Shown here piece by piece: positions 47,472 to 57,903 of a DNA stretch of 64,000 nt. Numbering within the stretch: the stretch's first letter is position 1; the number at the start of each line of letters is the position of its first letter. This DNA is from a virus, in IMG/VR virus record IMGVR_UViG_3300028840_005080, positions 1-64,000 of that record; one strand, 5' to 3'. Made by a program: the position numbers and the translations under genes. Below the pieces are notes generated by a model, which worked only from the letters and a program-made list of their open reading frames with translations, was not told the DNA's origin and made no database searches.

Positions 47472-47672
47472 TTACGGTTCTGTCTCGACATCGCAAAGGA
47501 TATCATTCGCTTTGTTAAGAGCGGACAAAATCTCTGTCAGCTTCATTTGTCCTTCCCCTGTCCAATTTTCATGGATATCAGGATTTCTGATTTCGGATTT
47601 CAGTAACATTTTGAAATCATCAATCTGCCCCAATAACATATCGTACATTTCCGAAATTTCTGACATGATCAT
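47472..47672 (-). CDS. Hypothetical protein, first gene after a putative early promoter
   Basis: AAGGAG RBS. Confidence 0.6.
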   Translation of the reverse strand: MIMSEISEMYDMLLGQIDDFKMLLKSEIRNPDIHENWTGEGQMKLTEILSALNKANDILCDVETEP

Positions 47673-47711
47673 TTTCAGTCTCCTTTATTTTTAATGTTGA
47701 TATTGAGGAGT

Positions 47712-47740
47712 ATATTACAGAAAAAAATTACAAAATGCAA
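47712..47740 (-). promoter_or_regulatory. Putative sigma70 promoter TTGCAT-17-TAATAT at the head of the early/replication region (approximate limits)
   Basis: Partial consensus in the AT-rich gap between the tail module and the early genes. Confidence 0.45.
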
Positions 47741-47844
47741 TCCTGATTTTAGTCAAAAAATAACGATTATCGGCAAATATTCGGAAATATTATATCAAAA
47801 TGAATTATTTTCTTAATTTTTCAAAGAATTTCTATTATTTTCTC

Positions 47845-48450
47845 TTATTTTCTAAGAAATGACGGATTGTTTTTGATATTTTCACGATATTTCAAAGGAA
47901 TTCTGATTTTCCCTTGTTTCGGCGAGCGTAAATATCCGTTTTTTATAAAGAATTCGAATAATTTTCTTGTGATTCGGATGTCGTGCAAACAATATTCAAT
48001 TGTTTCAATAAAATTCGATGTGTTGAAATTTATACTGATTTTTTGTTTATTGAGGGTCATTTTGCATAAATCATTTAAATTTAATCCGCCTGGAGATTTT
48101 TTTTTAACAGATTCAGATAACTTTATACCATAAAATGATGATAAGACAATTAAAAATATATCATATTCAAGCCAATATGTTTCACGTGAAACAATTTTGA
48201 AATACGGGAAATTCAAGCGATATTTTCTATTGTTTCCAAGTAAAAGCCGAGTGTCAAAATTAATTCCGTTAAATGAAGCACATATGTTTCCATTCAATGC
48301 TCTTATAAGCTCTGAAGAATTGTCAAATATAAAATAGGTATCGCGATTATAACTGTAAATGCATCCGCACAAAAACCCCATCGTATTTTGGGGATCTTTA
48401 AACGTCCCTTTGTTCCTTGTCTCGCAGTCATATATTAAAATGTCTTGCAA
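47845..48450 (-). CDS. DEDD / RNase H-like 3'-5' exonuclease
   Basis: IYDCET, FNGINFD and YCLHD motifs; start placed at the TTG at 48450. Confidence 0.8.
   Translation of the reverse strand: MQDILIYDCETRNKGTFKDPQNTMGFLCGCIYSYNRDTYFIFDNSSELIRALNGNICASFNGINFDTRLLLGNNRKYRLNFPYFKIVSRETYWLEYDIFLIVLSSFYGIKLSESVKKKSPGGLNLNDLCKMTLNKQKISINFNTSNFIETIEYCLHDIRITRKLFEFFIKNGYLRSPKQGKIRIPLKYRENIKNNPSFLRK
48178..48193. promoter_or_regulatory. parS: parS site (perfect TGTTTCACGTGAAACA)
   Basis: Exact match to the bacterial chromosomal ParB/Spo0J consensus; encodes VSRET inside the exonuclease gene. Confidence 0.9.
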
Positions 48451-48463
48451 TTTATATTCTTTC

Positions 48464-49588
48464 TTAAGTTTCCCATGGTTCGCCCCAGTCAATTGCGGCA
48501 TTATTAAAATTCGGGATTCCTGCCCAATCAAGATTAAGAATTGTATTTGATGTATATCCGTTATCGCAAGAACCCGAATACGTATAATCATCAAAATCAT
48601 AAAAAGTATCATAAACATATTCTGATGTAAATGAGTAAACGCTAAAGATCATCCCTAATTTTTCCGGACAATTATAATTATTTGTCCAATTGATTCTTAA
48701 TTGCGATGGTCTGTTTTCGTTTAGCCATTGTGTATGCTCAATCACGCTTTCGCCAGTCCAATTTTGATTGCAATAATTGCCAAAAGTCGGATATGTCAGA
48801 TATCTTTGATTTGATGTTTCCCATTTTGCATAAAAACTCCCTCCGTCATTCCAATAATCTGGAGTGAATCTTGAAACCCATCCGGAATCCGTATTAAATT
48901 CTATATTGTTAATATAGAAACTTGCTCCATCACGAATTGGACAGCAGATAACCGTTGGTTGTCCTGGTATGAGATAATACATATATAACTGAATATATGT
49001 TGCCCAATATAAACAATCAACAGGCTCATCCCAAAAACCTACGACAACCGGTCTTTCATAACTCCCATATTCATAAAAAACAACTACTATGTCATCTGCT
49101 TCAAATGCTGCCGTATCGCATTGCATATATTGTGCTTTGCATGATCTTGTAGAATCCCCGTATATTTCTACTTCCATATATTCGGCATCTGTGATCGAAG
49201 CAACTTTACCTTTTTTGTATAACGGATATTCTTTTTGCCAACGCCTGTTTCTTTCAGATGACAGGATGTACCCCTTGACAAGCTGATGTTTGTTGTTTGT
49301 TTCCCATAATTCTTTTGGTTTTTTCCACACAGAATTTGTTGAATATGTGTAAACAGGGATATTTTCTTCTTCCTGGCCCGTATGTGTATTCGGTAGGAAT
49401 CTTAGATTCCCGTGTCCTTTGTTGACAACAGGCGGTTCGTTGTCAATATCTGCGATTCTTACTTCGGTGCCCAAAAGAATTTCATCTTTTGTGACGCATT
49501 GTGCCGAAGTTTCGCCGATATCAGGAACATTTACGATATAATTATTATTTTCCGCATCATCAATATTTGTTATTACACCGCGACTCAC
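48464..49588 (-). CDS. Tail tip / host-recognition protein
   Basis: Last gene of the tail operon; OB-like repeats; Trp/Tyr/Asn-rich C-terminus. Confidence 0.55.
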   Translation of the reverse strand: MSRGVITNIDDAENNNYIVNVPDIGETSAQCVTKDEILLGTEVRIADIDNEPPVVNKGHGNLRFLPNTHTGQEEENIPVYTYSTNSVWKKPKELWETNNKHQLVKGYILSSERNRRWQKEYPLYKKGKVASITDAEYMEVEIYGDSTRSCKAQYMQCDTAAFEADDIVVVFYEYGSYERPVVVGFWDEPVDCLYWATYIQLYMYYLIPGQPTVICCPIRDGASFYINNIEFNTDSGWVSRFTPDYWNDGGSFYAKWETSNQRYLTYPTFGNYCNQNWTGESVIEHTQWLNENRPSQLRINWTNNYNCPEKLGMIFSVYSFTSEYVYDTFYDFDDYTYSGSCDNGYTSNTILNLDWAGIPNFNNAAIDWGEPWET

Positions 49589-50874
49589 GACTCTTTTCCG
49601 ATATATGCGCTAAATGTTGTTGTCGGCATGGATCCATATTGATAGGAATGTTGATATTCATATATTGGACATCCTGTTGCTGCCAAAGTCGCTTCGGTTG
49701 AGTTTATTGTGACAAACTTCCTTATTCCTATATCAGAATTTAAAATTGTTGTTATTTTAAAATTTTTTTCCATTTCTTGCGCATCTGAAATAATATTTGA
49801 AGCCAACCGCGCTGCCTCTGTTAAATTTTTTATAAGCCCGGATGATATTGTCAAATTGTTTATTCCATGCTTATTTGTATAATCACCAACTGCTTCCTGA
49901 TATGTACTTGCATTTTCGTCTACACCTATTACCTCACATCTTGTTGTTATTCCAAGTACATCATCTGTTTCGAAGCTTATTATTTGTGAATCATTATACG
50001 AAAGCGATGTTAGAAAATCAGAAGGTCTGTTTCCCACAAAATAATTTGTAACTCCTCCTGAATAATCCATGTAATGCCATAATTGCGTTCCAACAATTTT
50101 GACTATATCGTTTACTGCGGCAAGAGCTGTTTTATACGCAAAATCTTGTTCTGTCCAATCATAAAGTGAGTTTGTGTTTACGTAATAACTACCGCTTATT
50201 ATGTCTCTTCCTCCAAATATTTTTGCAAGATAATAATTTAGAATTCCATCTGCGTTTCCGGAATATTTTGATCCTGTGGCATCTTCGTATGATTCAAAAT
50301 ACACGGTATTCATCTCTGTTGCAATAGATGTTCCTGATAACGTTATATAATTATTCCCTCCGAAAGAATATGTTTCCGGTTTTCTGTTCGCAAACCCTTC
50401 AAACAATAATTCATAAGAAATTCCATTGTTTGATGAATAATAAATTTGCAATCTTTTATATCTGTGTGGTCCGAGTATTCCATAATCATCCAAATGTCCG
50501 GAAACCCACACTCTTGAATTATATAACTCAGCCTTGTCAATTGTTACGCTAAAACTACCTATGACATTACTTTTGGAATTAGAAATATTAAAAGCGTATG
50601 CTGTAGAAAGATATTGCCATTGATAAACGCCCACATCCGGGTCATAATCTCTCCACATTACATATGCTTTTGGCTTTATTATATCGCTTGGAGTAGGTAT
50701 TATTCCCGGATCAACCACAACTTCGCCTGGGATTATTCCCGGAATAGGCAACGCAACAAGATTTATGCTATATGGCAAATCTACGGAACCATAATGATAC
50801 GATCTTGAAATTTCAAAATTGAGCGTGATCGGGAATTGATGACCTTGGCCACCAAATAGGAGCGTCAGAGACAT
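49585..50874 (-). CDS. Tail hub / baseplate-like protein
   Basis: Size and position downstream of the tape measure; beta-rich. Confidence 0.55.
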   Translation of the reverse strand: MSLTLLFGGQGHQFPITLNFEISRSYHYGSVDLPYSINLVALPIPGIIPGEVVVDPGIIPTPSDIIKPKAYVMWRDYDPDVGVYQWQYLSTAYAFNISNSKSNVIGSFSVTIDKAELYNSRVWVSGHLDDYGILGPHRYKRLQIYYSSNNGISYELLFEGFANRKPETYSFGGNNYITLSGTSIATEMNTVYFESYEDATGSKYSGNADGILNYYLAKIFGGRDIISGSYYVNTNSLYDWTEQDFAYKTALAAVNDIVKIVGTQLWHYMDYSGGVTNYFVGNRPSDFLTSLSYNDSQIISFETDDVLGITTRCEVIGVDENASTYQEAVGDYTNKHGINNLTISSGLIKNLTEAARLASNIISDAQEMEKNFKITTILNSDIGIRKFVTINSTEATLAATGCPIYEYQHSYQYGSMPTTTFSAYIGKES

Positions 50875-50877
50875 TTA

Positions 50878-51480
50878 TTACTCTCCGCCACCAGCTTGGT
50901 ATGCTTCCCATGATCCGCTACCGGATGGTGTCGAATCGGATATCCATTCATCTATCGCACCCGTTGTTGCGGCATACCAGATATCCGCGCTTGTAACTCC
51001 GCCTGTAAGTGTGACATGCACCCCTATTTTGGCTCCGCCTTTGACAGACCACGTTTGCACCATACACAGTGTGTAATTTCCTGTTGTATACAATGCGCTT
51101 GCTGCTCCCGGAGGTGCGAATCCGGAAAATACTTTTGGTTCAAGAAACCCTAATGCATCATCTCCGCTATCTATCACTATTGGCGTTACTATGACATTGC
51201 CGACTGTCGATCCGGTACAATAATATTGAACAATGCATGTAAAAGTTGTGGCTTCTCCGATTGTTATCGCATTACTTAATATACCTGATGGAATTGTGCT
51301 AAACTGAAGATCATCATCGGATGACACAGTTCTATTGACCGTATCAAAATCAAGGCCATGATATTTACAAGTCGCATCAAAATACTGGACATCACGGGCA
51401 TTCGTGTCCGCATCGTCAACATTGGCATCGCGTGTGGCTATTCTACTTCCATCTGCTATTGTTGAACTTCTTTCAGCCAT
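50878..51480 (-). CDS. Virion structural protein
   Basis: Gly/Ser/Thr-rich, in the tail operon. Confidence 0.55.
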   Translation of the reverse strand: MAERSSTIADGSRIATRDANVDDADTNARDVQYFDATCKYHGLDFDTVNRTVSSDDDLQFSTIPSGILSNAITIGEATTFTCIVQYYCTGSTVGNVIVTPIVIDSGDDALGFLEPKVFSGFAPPGAASALYTTGNYTLCMVQTWSVKGGAKIGVHVTLTGGVTSADIWYAATTGAIDEWISDSTPSGSGSWEAYQAGGGE

Positions 51481-51491
51481 TTACTTTTCTC

Positions 51492-51932
51492 CTAAGTTGA
51501 ATCCGGCGTTTCGAATTTTGCAACTATGCTCTCAAAAACTGCCGAATCTCCATCTAAAATTGTTTGATCACTATCATACGTTATTGCTGACATAATAGGA
51601 TCGTTTGTGACTGTATCGTTGTAAATAATTACGACTCTGTAAGGCCCTATGTTACCGCCCGATGCTGTTATTGTCACATTATTAAACGTTCTTTTGGCGA
51701 GATTATTTGCGTCATCAACAGCAACGGAACCACCGGACATCGTCTCTCCTCCGGCTGTGTATCCGTTTCCTGTTGAAAGTTCATTTCCTGAAACGTCAGA
51801 ATATTCAATATCATTATCAACATCAAAAGTGAAATTGCTACATAATATTAATTTGAATGTATCATTATCCCAATCTATTTCTTTTGTGGCCAATAACAGA
51901 GCCGCGTTTTGTGGGATTTGAACCGTAGCCAT
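51492..51932 (-). CDS. Conserved tail-associated virion protein
   Basis: IDWDNDTFKLIL...E.STGNGYTAGG...VIIYNDT pattern common in tail-tip modules. Confidence 0.7.
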   Translation of the reverse strand: MATVQIPQNAALLLATKEIDWDNDTFKLILCSNFTFDVDNDIEYSDVSGNELSTGNGYTAGGETMSGGSVAVDDANNLAKRTFNNVTITASGGNIGPYRVVIIYNDTVTNDPIMSAITYDSDQTILDGDSAVFESIVAKFETPDST

Positions 51933-52183
51933 TATATTCTCCCTATTTCAAATCCGTTTATATCAAATTTTTTGTATCCCAAAAATGTTTCACGTGAAAC
52001 ATTCGTTTTTTCATAATTGAATTTGTTAAAAAATAATTCAATAGTAATATTTTTATAATTATCTTCATTATATGTCTGAATTCCGAATAAGCATTTCATA
52101 GAATTATTGAAGTAAAAATTTAGAAAATTTAGTATCAATCCTTCTTTATCGTTTTTATAAAAAATCAGATTAAAATCAAACAT
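51932..52183 (-). CDS. AT-rich hypothetical ORF inserted in the tail operon, carrying parS
   Basis: Fills the gap with TAATG overlaps at both ends; composition unlike the flanking structural genes. Confidence 0.45.
   Translation of the reverse strand: MFDFNLIFYKNDKEGLILNFLNFYFNNSMKCLFGIQTYNEDNYKNITIELFFNKFNYEKTNVSRETFLGYKKFDINGFEIGRI
51986..52001. promoter_or_regulatory. parS: parS site (perfect TGTTTCACGTGAAACA)
   Basis: Second exact match to the consensus. Confidence 0.9.
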
Positions 52184-52572
52184 TATGCAGTCTCCATATC
52201 AATTGAATCGCCTGTTACAAGCATTTGAATAGCCGTATATGTTTTTCCGTATTCATTCCCGCTTTTTTGTACATCTGTAATATAAACAGGCCATGTTTTG
52301 TCAACATAATTGAAAAAATATTCCAAATACGTGTTGTCTTCTTTCATTTCCGCAAGCAAATTGTAATCATCTTGTGATAACCTTATATTCGATACTTCTA
52401 TTTTTGTTCCTTTGTTGTTATAATCCCATACAGCCCAAACAATATCGCCGTTAAGATATGTGACTTCTGCTATTTTTTTTTGACCTATTCTTTTAAAAGT
52501 TGGCTCATCAATATCAAAATTTATTGAATTTCCGGCTGTTCTGTAATATTTGCTATTTATCGAGGCTTTCAT
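52183..52572 (-). CDS. Putative distal tail protein
   Basis: Immediately downstream of the tape measure; typical size. Confidence 0.55.
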   Translation of the reverse strand: MKASINSKYYRTAGNSINFDIDEPTFKRIGQKKIAEVTYLNGDIVWAVWDYNNKGTKIEVSNIRLSQDDYNLLAEMKEDNTYLEYFFNYVDKTWPVYITDVQKSGNEYGKTYTAIQMLVTGDSIDMETA

Positions 52573-52574
52573 TT

Positions 52575-55500
52575 TTATCCTTCTTGCCCGAATACATTGA
52601 ATTGTTCCGCTTCGGCTTCAACGAAAATTTGATCAATTAATGATTTTGTCAACCCTCTTAGCCATTCCTCCCCGTTTGAATTAACTTCGACATTAAAAAC
52701 AAATCTTTCCGGGAATCCGAATTGCCTTATTGCATCTGTTAATTTTTCCTGACTTTCTAAAAGATAACTATTTGATTCTATCAATGATTGGAGGGCATCG
52801 CGTGTCGCAGCCCCTCCTATTTCCGTATCAAAACCCGCAGCCTGTCCAAGCCCTCCTGTTGTTAAAAGCCTACCGATGCCTTCTTCTATCGCAGATGACA
52901 AACCCTCTGTTGTTTCTCCATCTTCTTCGGGAATAATAGGCTGTATCGGCGATACTGATAATTCTCCAAATGTATCTTGCATTGAAGGAAAATCCTCAAT
53001 GCTTTTAATTATTGTTCCTATCCCGCTCGTAACATTGCTAAAATCAGCTTCTATTTTTGGTTTCAATCCGCTTGTTTTATCTGCGAATCCGATTACTTTT
53101 CCCTGTATTTCCGCTATTTTTTCAGAAAGCGGGAGTTTGCTTGAGCCTGTCCCTGTAAAATCAATGTTGTATTGACTTGTTTGTTTTACCAAATCGGAGA
53201 GTCTCATAAACGAAGATGTCATTCCGCCTATTTGATTATTTATGCTTGAGAATGAACTTCCTATTTGATTTCCTATGTTCACAATATCTTTTGATCTGTC
53301 AGCTATTCCGCTAAAAGCCGAATCTATTTGATTACCGAGTCCGCCTATCACATCTGTTGTATTTTTTATTTGATCTTCTACGAGACTTTGTTGTGAAATA
53401 AGAGAATCGTTTTGATTTTGAAGTACGCTTACAGCCGCATCGCTTGCTTTTTGCATAAGATCGATTGAGAGCGTTGTATTTTGTTCAAGTGATTTTACTA
53501 CTTCACCTGATTCGTCTTTTATTTCTGTCTGTAATTCTCCGGCAAGATCGGCTGCTTTTTCATACAATTCTGCTGCTGCTTCAAAATTTCCTTTTGCACT
53601 TTCTTGCTGAGCTTGGGCATAAACTTCGTCGTATTCAAGTCGAATATCTTGGAATTGCTCAAGTTCAGTCATTGTTTCGCGTCTGGCTTCTCTTATTTTT
53701 TCTTCAGTAGTTTGCTGAATATCGACGATTTTCCCATTAATTTTATCAATTTCGTCAGCCAAACTTTGCCATTCGGATTTCAGATCATCAAGAATATCCG
53801 TAGCCTGATCGTAAATTTCTTCATATGCGCCTATTACTCCGTCAGCCATTTTTTCAGCGGCTTCTATGTTTCCAGAACCAAACGCTTCGTTTACTTGTTT
53901 AATTCCTTCCTGTAGTTTCGAAGCACTATCAACTATGTCGTTAAAAGAATCGGCTGCTTGCGTTGCCGATTCATCTACGGATGATGTGAAATTTCCATAA
54001 TCTTCTGTTAGGATTGATATTTCACCTGACAAACCAGTAAGCGTATCTTTGAAGTTTGTCCACCCTTCGATTCTTGCTTCAACATCCGCTGCGGCTTCTT
54101 CAAGCGTCTGATCAAGTACATCGACCTTAAGCCCGAAATTAGCGGCTTCAACAGTTATTGATTGAAATTGCTGTTGAAGTGCTTTTATTGCTTCCATGTC
54201 ATTTTTTGCCGCACTCGCTATTGATCTTTGACTATATGATCCGGCAAATTCTGCTACGTTGATTCTTGCATTATCAAGCAAAAGATTCAGATCATTAAGG
54301 CTCTGTGTTGCCGGATCAATGTCTACAAAAAAAGCTACCGGGATCTGCCATGCTTGCCTCATGTTTGTTGCTCGATCAAAAAGCATTTCAAGTTTTTCGC
54401 CAGCTACTTGAAAATCACTTGTTGTTTGTCTTGATAATTCGCTTGAGGCTGAGGCTGCTTCCTTTTCGGCGCTTGTTACTTCGTCTGTTTTTTCTTTTAC
54501 CGCCTGCTTTACTTCTATTAATTCGAGTTCGGCTTGTTTTTTTGCGAGTACGGCATTTGCATATTCTTCGCTATCCTGCCCATATTGTGATGCGGCAAGT
54601 TGTATACTTTCGCTTAATTTTTGTATTTTAAAATTAAGAAAATCTTCTTCTATTGCACGTTTTTGATTTGTCGCATTTTCAACACTGATAACTCCGCGCG
54701 CTTCTTGTTTTTCTATTTCGACAGTTGCGATTTCGTAGTTTGCTTGTCTTATTGAAATTTCTTCTTCCAGACTACTTTTTAATGCTTCTCTTTCTTCTTC
54801 TATTTTTTGTATTTTAAATTCTGTAAACTCTCTTTGTACGTCTTTTACTGCCTGATATGCCTCTTTTTGTCTTTCAACATCTTCCGGATAATTTTCTTTT
54901 ATGATATCATAGGCTTCTTGCGTTTTGCTTATTTTATCATTTAAATATGTTTCCTGAGCTTCAAGACGTTTTTGCAGAGACTCTTCTTCGTCAATTCTTC
55001 CTTCAGCCTCAAGAAGATTTATATCTGCTATATTTTGTTCATATAATATTTTTTCTTTTTCTAATGAGTTTTCTATATCTGTTAGCCTTGTTTCAAGATT
55101 TTTCTTTCTGTCTTCTTCTGCTTGTTGCTTTAGTCTTGTTACTTCGGCCTCGGCATTTTTTATTACTTCGATTATTTTGGCATTTTCGTCTTTTTCTGCC
55201 TGTGTTTTTTCACCGGTTTTTGATTTAAAATTTTCTATATCTTCGGAATAAAATTCTTTTAATGTATCAACTCTTGCTTGTGCTGCTTCTATCGAACTTG
55301 AATTATATTCTTCCTGGGCTTCGGCTTTTCTTTGATTTGCTTCTTCCGCGCTTATAACTCCGCTTTTTTCGAGTTCGTTTATTTCGTCTGTTGCTCCTTT
55401 ATATGTTTCTTTTCTTAATTCAAGAGATTTTTTTTGCTCTTTGTTAATCGTTTCAAGAGTTCTTTTATTTGATTCTACTATTTTTTCCCCGACTTTTTCT

Positions 55501-57341
55501 ACTATCCTTGCTTCTTCTTCAAGTATAAGGCGGGAGATTTCACCGTATTCTTCAAAATCCGCTATTGCCTGATCCGAATCGACTTTTATTTCGGCAGGTG
55601 GAAGATTGCTTATAACACTATCTGCTTTTTCCGCAACTTGTTCTATGGCATGTATGTTTTCAACGGACGCCTTTAAAACATTATCAACCCATAAATCAAT
55701 CGGCTCTCTGTTTGCGATTTCTGCATTGCCTTCTGCCGCTTTTTTCCCGTATTCTTGTATTCTTTGTGTAGTTGCCGCTATTTCTTCTTGCAGATCAACA
55801 AAAGGAAGTGTGTTAAGCCCTTCTTGCAGATCGAGGATATATTTGTTCGCATCTCTTAAAAATTCGTTAAAAATAACCTGAAGCTCTGTAACTCCAAGTG
55901 TTGCTGCGGTATACCAACCCGTAAACGCATCATGAACTGTTGCAACTATAAGAGCAATTGAAGTCAGCGACGTATTTATTATTTTTAGTATTCCTTCGAG
56001 TCTTTCACCTCCCGAAGTCGAATCAACAAAGCCTTTTACAAATTCGGCTCCCAAATTTATCATTATTTGGATATTTTGGCTCAGAATTGTTGATATGTCT
56101 GAAAGAAATTTGTAAACGTTTTGTATATTTCCTTGAAACGCTTGGTCAAATACTTCCTGTGCTGCTTGTCTTAATGCGTTAAATGCTTCTACAAGAGGAC
56201 CGCCTATCCCTCTGCCTGATTTTTCAAGTTCAAGCAATTGGCTTATAACACCTCTTATTCCGGAGTTTTCATCTTTTCCAACAAATTCTATCAAAACAGG
56301 AAGTAACTCTTCACCTATCGTTTTTTTAAATACGTCAAGTGTTCCGCCGAGATTATTAAGGACTATGCTCCACTTTTCTGATTTCTGTCTTGCTGCGTCT
56401 GTTGAGGAATTTGTTCCTGTTATTGTTGTTGTTAACTCTTTAATTGCTTGTGATTCGTTGTTTATAATTCCTGCGAATTGTGATGCTTCAACGCCAAATA
56501 ACGCAACAGCATCTGTTGCCGATATTGTTTGCCCTTTGAATGCATTTAATATTTCAATTGAGTTTTTTGTTGCCGGATTTACATCTTTATAAGTAAGGCC
56601 GTAATTTGCAAGTGCTGTTGTTCCTTTTTCTGTTTCTTTTGTCAGTGCAACAAGAGCACCTCTGAAAACAGTTCCTGTTTGAGACGCATCGAGACCTTGT
56701 TTCCTTAATAAAGCCAAAGTCGCGACAGTTTCTTCCAAACCCATATTAAACAAATTTGCTGTTGGCCCTGCGAATTTTAACGCTTCTCTTAAATCAGATA
56801 CGCTGGCAGCAGAATTAAATTGTGTTGCGGCGAGTACATTTGAGACTCTTGATACTTCCGTTACTTCAAGACCGAATTGGCTAAGAGTAGAAGTTAAAGC
56901 TGATACGCTTGTATTTAATTCTGTACCTGTAGCTATTTGTAATTCAATTGCCGCATCGGTAATATTTTCTAACTGATCCGCTGCTCCGAAACCGAATTGG
57001 GCAATTGACTCAAGCGCTTGTCCGGCTTGTGCGCCAGTTACCGGAAATTTTGCAACAAGACGATCAAGAATGTTTCCGATTTCTTCTGTTGATGCTCCCG
57101 CCTTGCCAACTACCGCACTGACATCAAAAATAGCATCGTTGAAATCCGCTGCGGCTTGAACAGCGCTTTGGCCGATACCTATTGTAAAATTTGCAAGCAC
57201 CAATGAAAATCCGGCTATTGCTGCCTGTGCTTCTACCGCTGCTGTCCCGATTCCACCCAAAAGCCCGCCAAATTTTTCAAGCGTTGAACTATAATCGTCG
57301 ACTGCGCTTATTATTATTTTTACTTCTCGATCAATCGCCAT
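52575..57341 (-). CDS. Tail tape measure protein (TP901-type core)
   Basis: 1588 aa; IIISAVD N-terminus, Ala-rich core (ALKFAGP...G..ASQTGT.FR), long coiled coil. Confidence 0.95.
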   Translation of the reverse strand: MAIDREVKIIISAVDDYSSTLEKFGGLLGGIGTAAVEAQAAIAGFSLVLANFTIGIGQSAVQAAADFNDAIFDVSAVVGKAGASTEEIGNILDRLVAKFPVTGAQAGQALESIAQFGFGAADQLENITDAAIELQIATGTELNTSVSALTSTLSQFGLEVTEVSRVSNVLAATQFNSAASVSDLREALKFAGPTANLFNMGLEETVATLALLRKQGLDASQTGTVFRGALVALTKETEKGTTALANYGLTYKDVNPATKNSIEILNAFKGQTISATDAVALFGVEASQFAGIINNESQAIKELTTTITGTNSSTDAARQKSEKWSIVLNNLGGTLDVFKKTIGEELLPVLIEFVGKDENSGIRGVISQLLELEKSGRGIGGPLVEAFNALRQAAQEVFDQAFQGNIQNVYKFLSDISTILSQNIQIMINLGAEFVKGFVDSTSGGERLEGILKIINTSLTSIALIVATVHDAFTGWYTAATLGVTELQVIFNEFLRDANKYILDLQEGLNTLPFVDLQEEIAATTQRIQEYGKKAAEGNAEIANREPIDLWVDNVLKASVENIHAIEQVAEKADSVISNLPPAEIKVDSDQAIADFEEYGEISRLILEEEARIVEKVGEKIVESNKRTLETINKEQKKSLELRKETYKGATDEINELEKSGVISAEEANQRKAEAQEEYNSSSIEAAQARVDTLKEFYSEDIENFKSKTGEKTQAEKDENAKIIEVIKNAEAEVTRLKQQAEEDRKKNLETRLTDIENSLEKEKILYEQNIADINLLEAEGRIDEEESLQKRLEAQETYLNDKISKTQEAYDIIKENYPEDVERQKEAYQAVKDVQREFTEFKIQKIEEEREALKSSLEEEISIRQANYEIATVEIEKQEARGVISVENATNQKRAIEEDFLNFKIQKLSESIQLAASQYGQDSEEYANAVLAKKQAELELIEVKQAVKEKTDEVTSAEKEAASASSELSRQTTSDFQVAGEKLEMLFDRATNMRQAWQIPVAFFVDIDPATQSLNDLNLLLDNARINVAEFAGSYSQRSIASAAKNDMEAIKALQQQFQSITVEAANFGLKVDVLDQTLEEAAADVEARIEGWTNFKDTLTGLSGEISILTEDYGNFTSSVDESATQAADSFNDIVDSASKLQEGIKQVNEAFGSGNIEAAEKMADGVIGAYEEIYDQATDILDDLKSEWQSLADEIDKINGKIVDIQQTTEEKIREARRETMTELEQFQDIRLEYDEVYAQAQQESAKGNFEAAAELYEKAADLAGELQTEIKDESGEVVKSLEQNTTLSIDLMQKASDAAVSVLQNQNDSLISQQSLVEDQIKNTTDVIGGLGNQIDSAFSGIADRSKDIVNIGNQIGSSFSSINNQIGGMTSSFMRLSDLVKQTSQYNIDFTGTGSSKLPLSEKIAEIQGKVIGFADKTSGLKPKIEADFSNVTSGIGTIIKSIEDFPSMQDTFGELSVSPIQPIIPEEDGETTEGLSSAIEEGIGRLLTTGGLGQAAGFDTEIGGAATRDALQSLIESNSYLLESQEKLTDAIRQFGFPERFVFNVEVNSNGEEWLRGLTKSLIDQIFVEAEAEQFNVFGQEG

Positions 57342-57423
57342 GTGAATTTCCTACAAAAATGTAATTTATACAAGGAAAGTTACCAGAAATGCAAATTATT
57401 AAAAAGTGAAAAATTAGGATGGA

Positions 57424-57903
57424 TTAGGATTGTTCAATTTCAGTGAGATCAAGTGAGAATTTTACAACTTCGTTTATAAATCTTGGAGCTTTTTCGCTAA
57501 TTTGTAGAATTTCTTCAAAAGTGAATTTTGGATCAACAACATTTCTTTTAAAAACGCTTAGTTCAAAAATAGTGGAGTTGCCTATTTTTTCAGAATTTAT
57601 TATCTCCATAATTTTGTTAAAATCAACTTTTTCACCTTTTTCGGAACATTTGTTTATATATGAAAACAAAATTCCTGGCTGATTTGCCAAAGATTTGCAT
57701 TGAATATGATCATCAAGAGAGGCTCCTTTGACTCTCAATATAAATTGTTCATTTTCTTTCAGTCCTATTTTTTTGTTCCATTTGAGCGGAATTTTGAATT
57801 CTCTTATAATAGTTTTATTATTGATAAAATCGACAAAACTATCTTTGTTTAATATTACTTTTTCAGTTTCTTTGCTCTTTTTGTTTTTTCTTTTTTTATG
57901 CAT
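57424..57903 (-). CDS. Second tail assembly chaperone-like protein (paralog of 58094..58723)
   Basis: Shares (K/R)VxG...I and VDPK...I..(L/I)S...P...LT with 58094..58723. Confidence 0.6.
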   Translation of the reverse strand: MHKKRKNKKSKETEKVILNKDSFVDFINNKTIIREFKIPLKWNKKIGLKENEQFILRVKGASLDDHIQCKSLANQPGILFSYINKCSEKGEKVDFNKIMEIINSEKIGNSTIFELSVFKRNVVDPKFTFEEILQISEKAPRFINEVVKFSLDLTEIEQS

